Assembly: GCA_030704615.1 (NCBI GenBank)
Contig: CM060732.1
Location: 48,856,001-48,920,000 of the forward strand
DNA length: 64,000 nucleotides
Direction: 5' to 3'
Origin: Takakia lepidozioides
Lineage: Eukaryota; Plantae; Bryophyta
Of this stretch, positions 62,409 through 64,000 are shown piece after piece; the stretch's first letter is position 1; every line of letters starts with the position of its first letter. The notes under the pieces are model-generated. The model was not told the DNA's origin and did no database searches. It worked only from the letters and a program-made list of their open reading frames with translations. A program made the position numbers and the translations under genes.

Positions 62409-64000
62409 TGTCGCGCACCTCACTTCGGTAAGCTCCCCTTCAAGTCATAGTTGCTAGCTTGATGCGCGCGCCCAACTCCCAACCTGGCCGCCGGACCAAC
62501 TTGGAGCTTCGGCTGCTCACCAGGGCATAACGGTCCCCCTTTGAACTCCCAAAGAACCCTCCACCGATTTGGAACCAGCGGGAATTCCCTTTGGTAGTTG
62601 GCAGTCCGGAACAGCTCCCCACTCTTTGGTCGCTTTCCGGCTCGCTCGCTTACTCACTAGTTTTTGGTCACCAACAGGCTTGCACCCTTCTCGGGGTTAC
62701 TACTCCCTATATATACTTCTGTAGCTGTCCGCGGGAGTTTCACAACCAGCCATGCCATTTTATGGCGAACCACCACGAAAACCCTCGACTCCCGGGGATG
62801 AGTCGCGGTGAGTCTTGGCCCACTCACCACGGCCCCTATGGACCGTGATGAGTCCCAAGACTCCCCACGACTCCCACCCTGAGGTCTCCGCCCCCATGGT
62901 GAGTCCTATGCCACCCCCACTAAGTCCCGCTAAGCTACCACCACCCCTTGTGGAGCCACCCCCACCGCAACCCGTTGTGCGGGGCTCCACCTAGTGAGCG
63001 CCTCCGCCTCCTTGAGTGCCTTGGGCACTCAGGGGTGCTTCAGCCCCCCATACCTATCGCTGCCGCTGCCCCCACCACAGGGGCAGCCCCTCATGTGTCC
63101 CGACCCCCCTGCCCTCAAGGCAAAGGGCCGCGACACACACCCCTACCAACAGGGAGTCGATGTCCTCATCGACTTGTCCATTTTGTAGAAACGAACATCC
63201 AAGTTGTGGCGTCCCACATCAAGGAGTTTGTTTCCGTACCATGGCGTCCCATGGCAAAGAACCAAACCCCACACTTGACTCTACTCTCCACTAGCTAGTT
63301 CGGCCGACTTCCTCCAAGTCCCCGCCAGGGGTGGAGCCTCTCAAGCTCCTCCCAGTGCACTCTTCTTGGCCTTCTTCAAGGTCAAGGAATGATCCTCCCC
63401 GAGGATCGAATCGCCTTACTGCAACAACATTGCTTGCGATCGCTCCTGATGCCGCTTTTGGTATCATTTTGCGCAAGGGTTCACCTCGAACCCCCTTTGA
63501 CTAGGAAGATAACCTTGAACCAACCGTGCGCCCTAATCACTACAATTGGGTCCGTCTTGGAATGCTGACCTGAGGTACGGGAACACGTTGAAGCCGCAAT
63601 ACGACTTCGTCCCGAGGCTACACGATTATAGTACGTGAATGGAAGCACATAGCTTCCGCGTTAGCCCGCACTACAAGGCAACCACCTCGGTAGCGCAGTT
63701 ATAGTACGCGCACGCGCCAGGTGCGCACTAGCACGTGAACTCCCAAAGAAGGCGCATGTTTCCTTGCCCCTTGGATGGGAGTCACCCGATTTCGGCACTG
63801 CGCAAACACATGATTAACCCAATTTACCTCTCCCACTTTTGTAAGCTAGCATGCATTCTACACACTAGCCAACCACACCATGCATCACCATTCCAAACAA
63901 AATAGGACACACAACATTTGGAACCCATTTCCTTTATAACAAATTTTTGTACAATACAAGTTTTTGGAATCGGATTCCTGAGCTAGCTAAGCCGGGCTAA
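62409..64000. mobile_element. Different insertion starting with TG (probable LTR of another retrotransposon family); runs off the window
   Basis: RT of copy C stops abruptly at ...caccccag|tgtcgcgcacctcac; C-rich non-coding sequence with a TATA-like ccctatatata at ~62706. Confidence 0.55.

Overview
Eukaryotic, intron-rich land-plant DNA; PLS/DYW-PPR fragments are present and the TE families look bryophyte- or other seed-free-plant-like, but the species cannot be fixed from sequence alone. The first ~10.3 kb holds two intact minus-strand host genes: a BC10/GT14-like (Branch/DUF266) glycosyltransferase that runs off the window, and a probably organelle-targeted isocitrate lyase/PEP-mutase family gene. 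The remaining ~53 kb is a nested transposon island. It contains MITEs, captured PPR fragments, a decayed CACTA element, three copies plus a solo LTR of one non-chromovirus Ty3/gypsy family with a very large ORF 3' of pol, and a complete 14.2-kb Mutator-like element (43542-57779) with a truncated sister copy. The top candidate for an undescribed system is the 14.2-kb element. It pairs a MULE-type DDE/SWIM transposase with a divergently transcribed ParB/Srx-like gene (DGNHRLLA = GxxRxxA) and carries dozens of copies of one GGCGCC-centred palindrome in four tandem arrays, a ParB/parS-like or VANC-like anti-silencing design. It shares a short terminal signature (N8-GBTA-N4-RTGAGC) with non-autonomous elements in the window. 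One of these also has a clean 7-bp TSD, and two carry their own palindrome arrays. All domain calls are by-eye motif recognition; no searches were run, and the TE genes in these copies carry stops and frameshifts.
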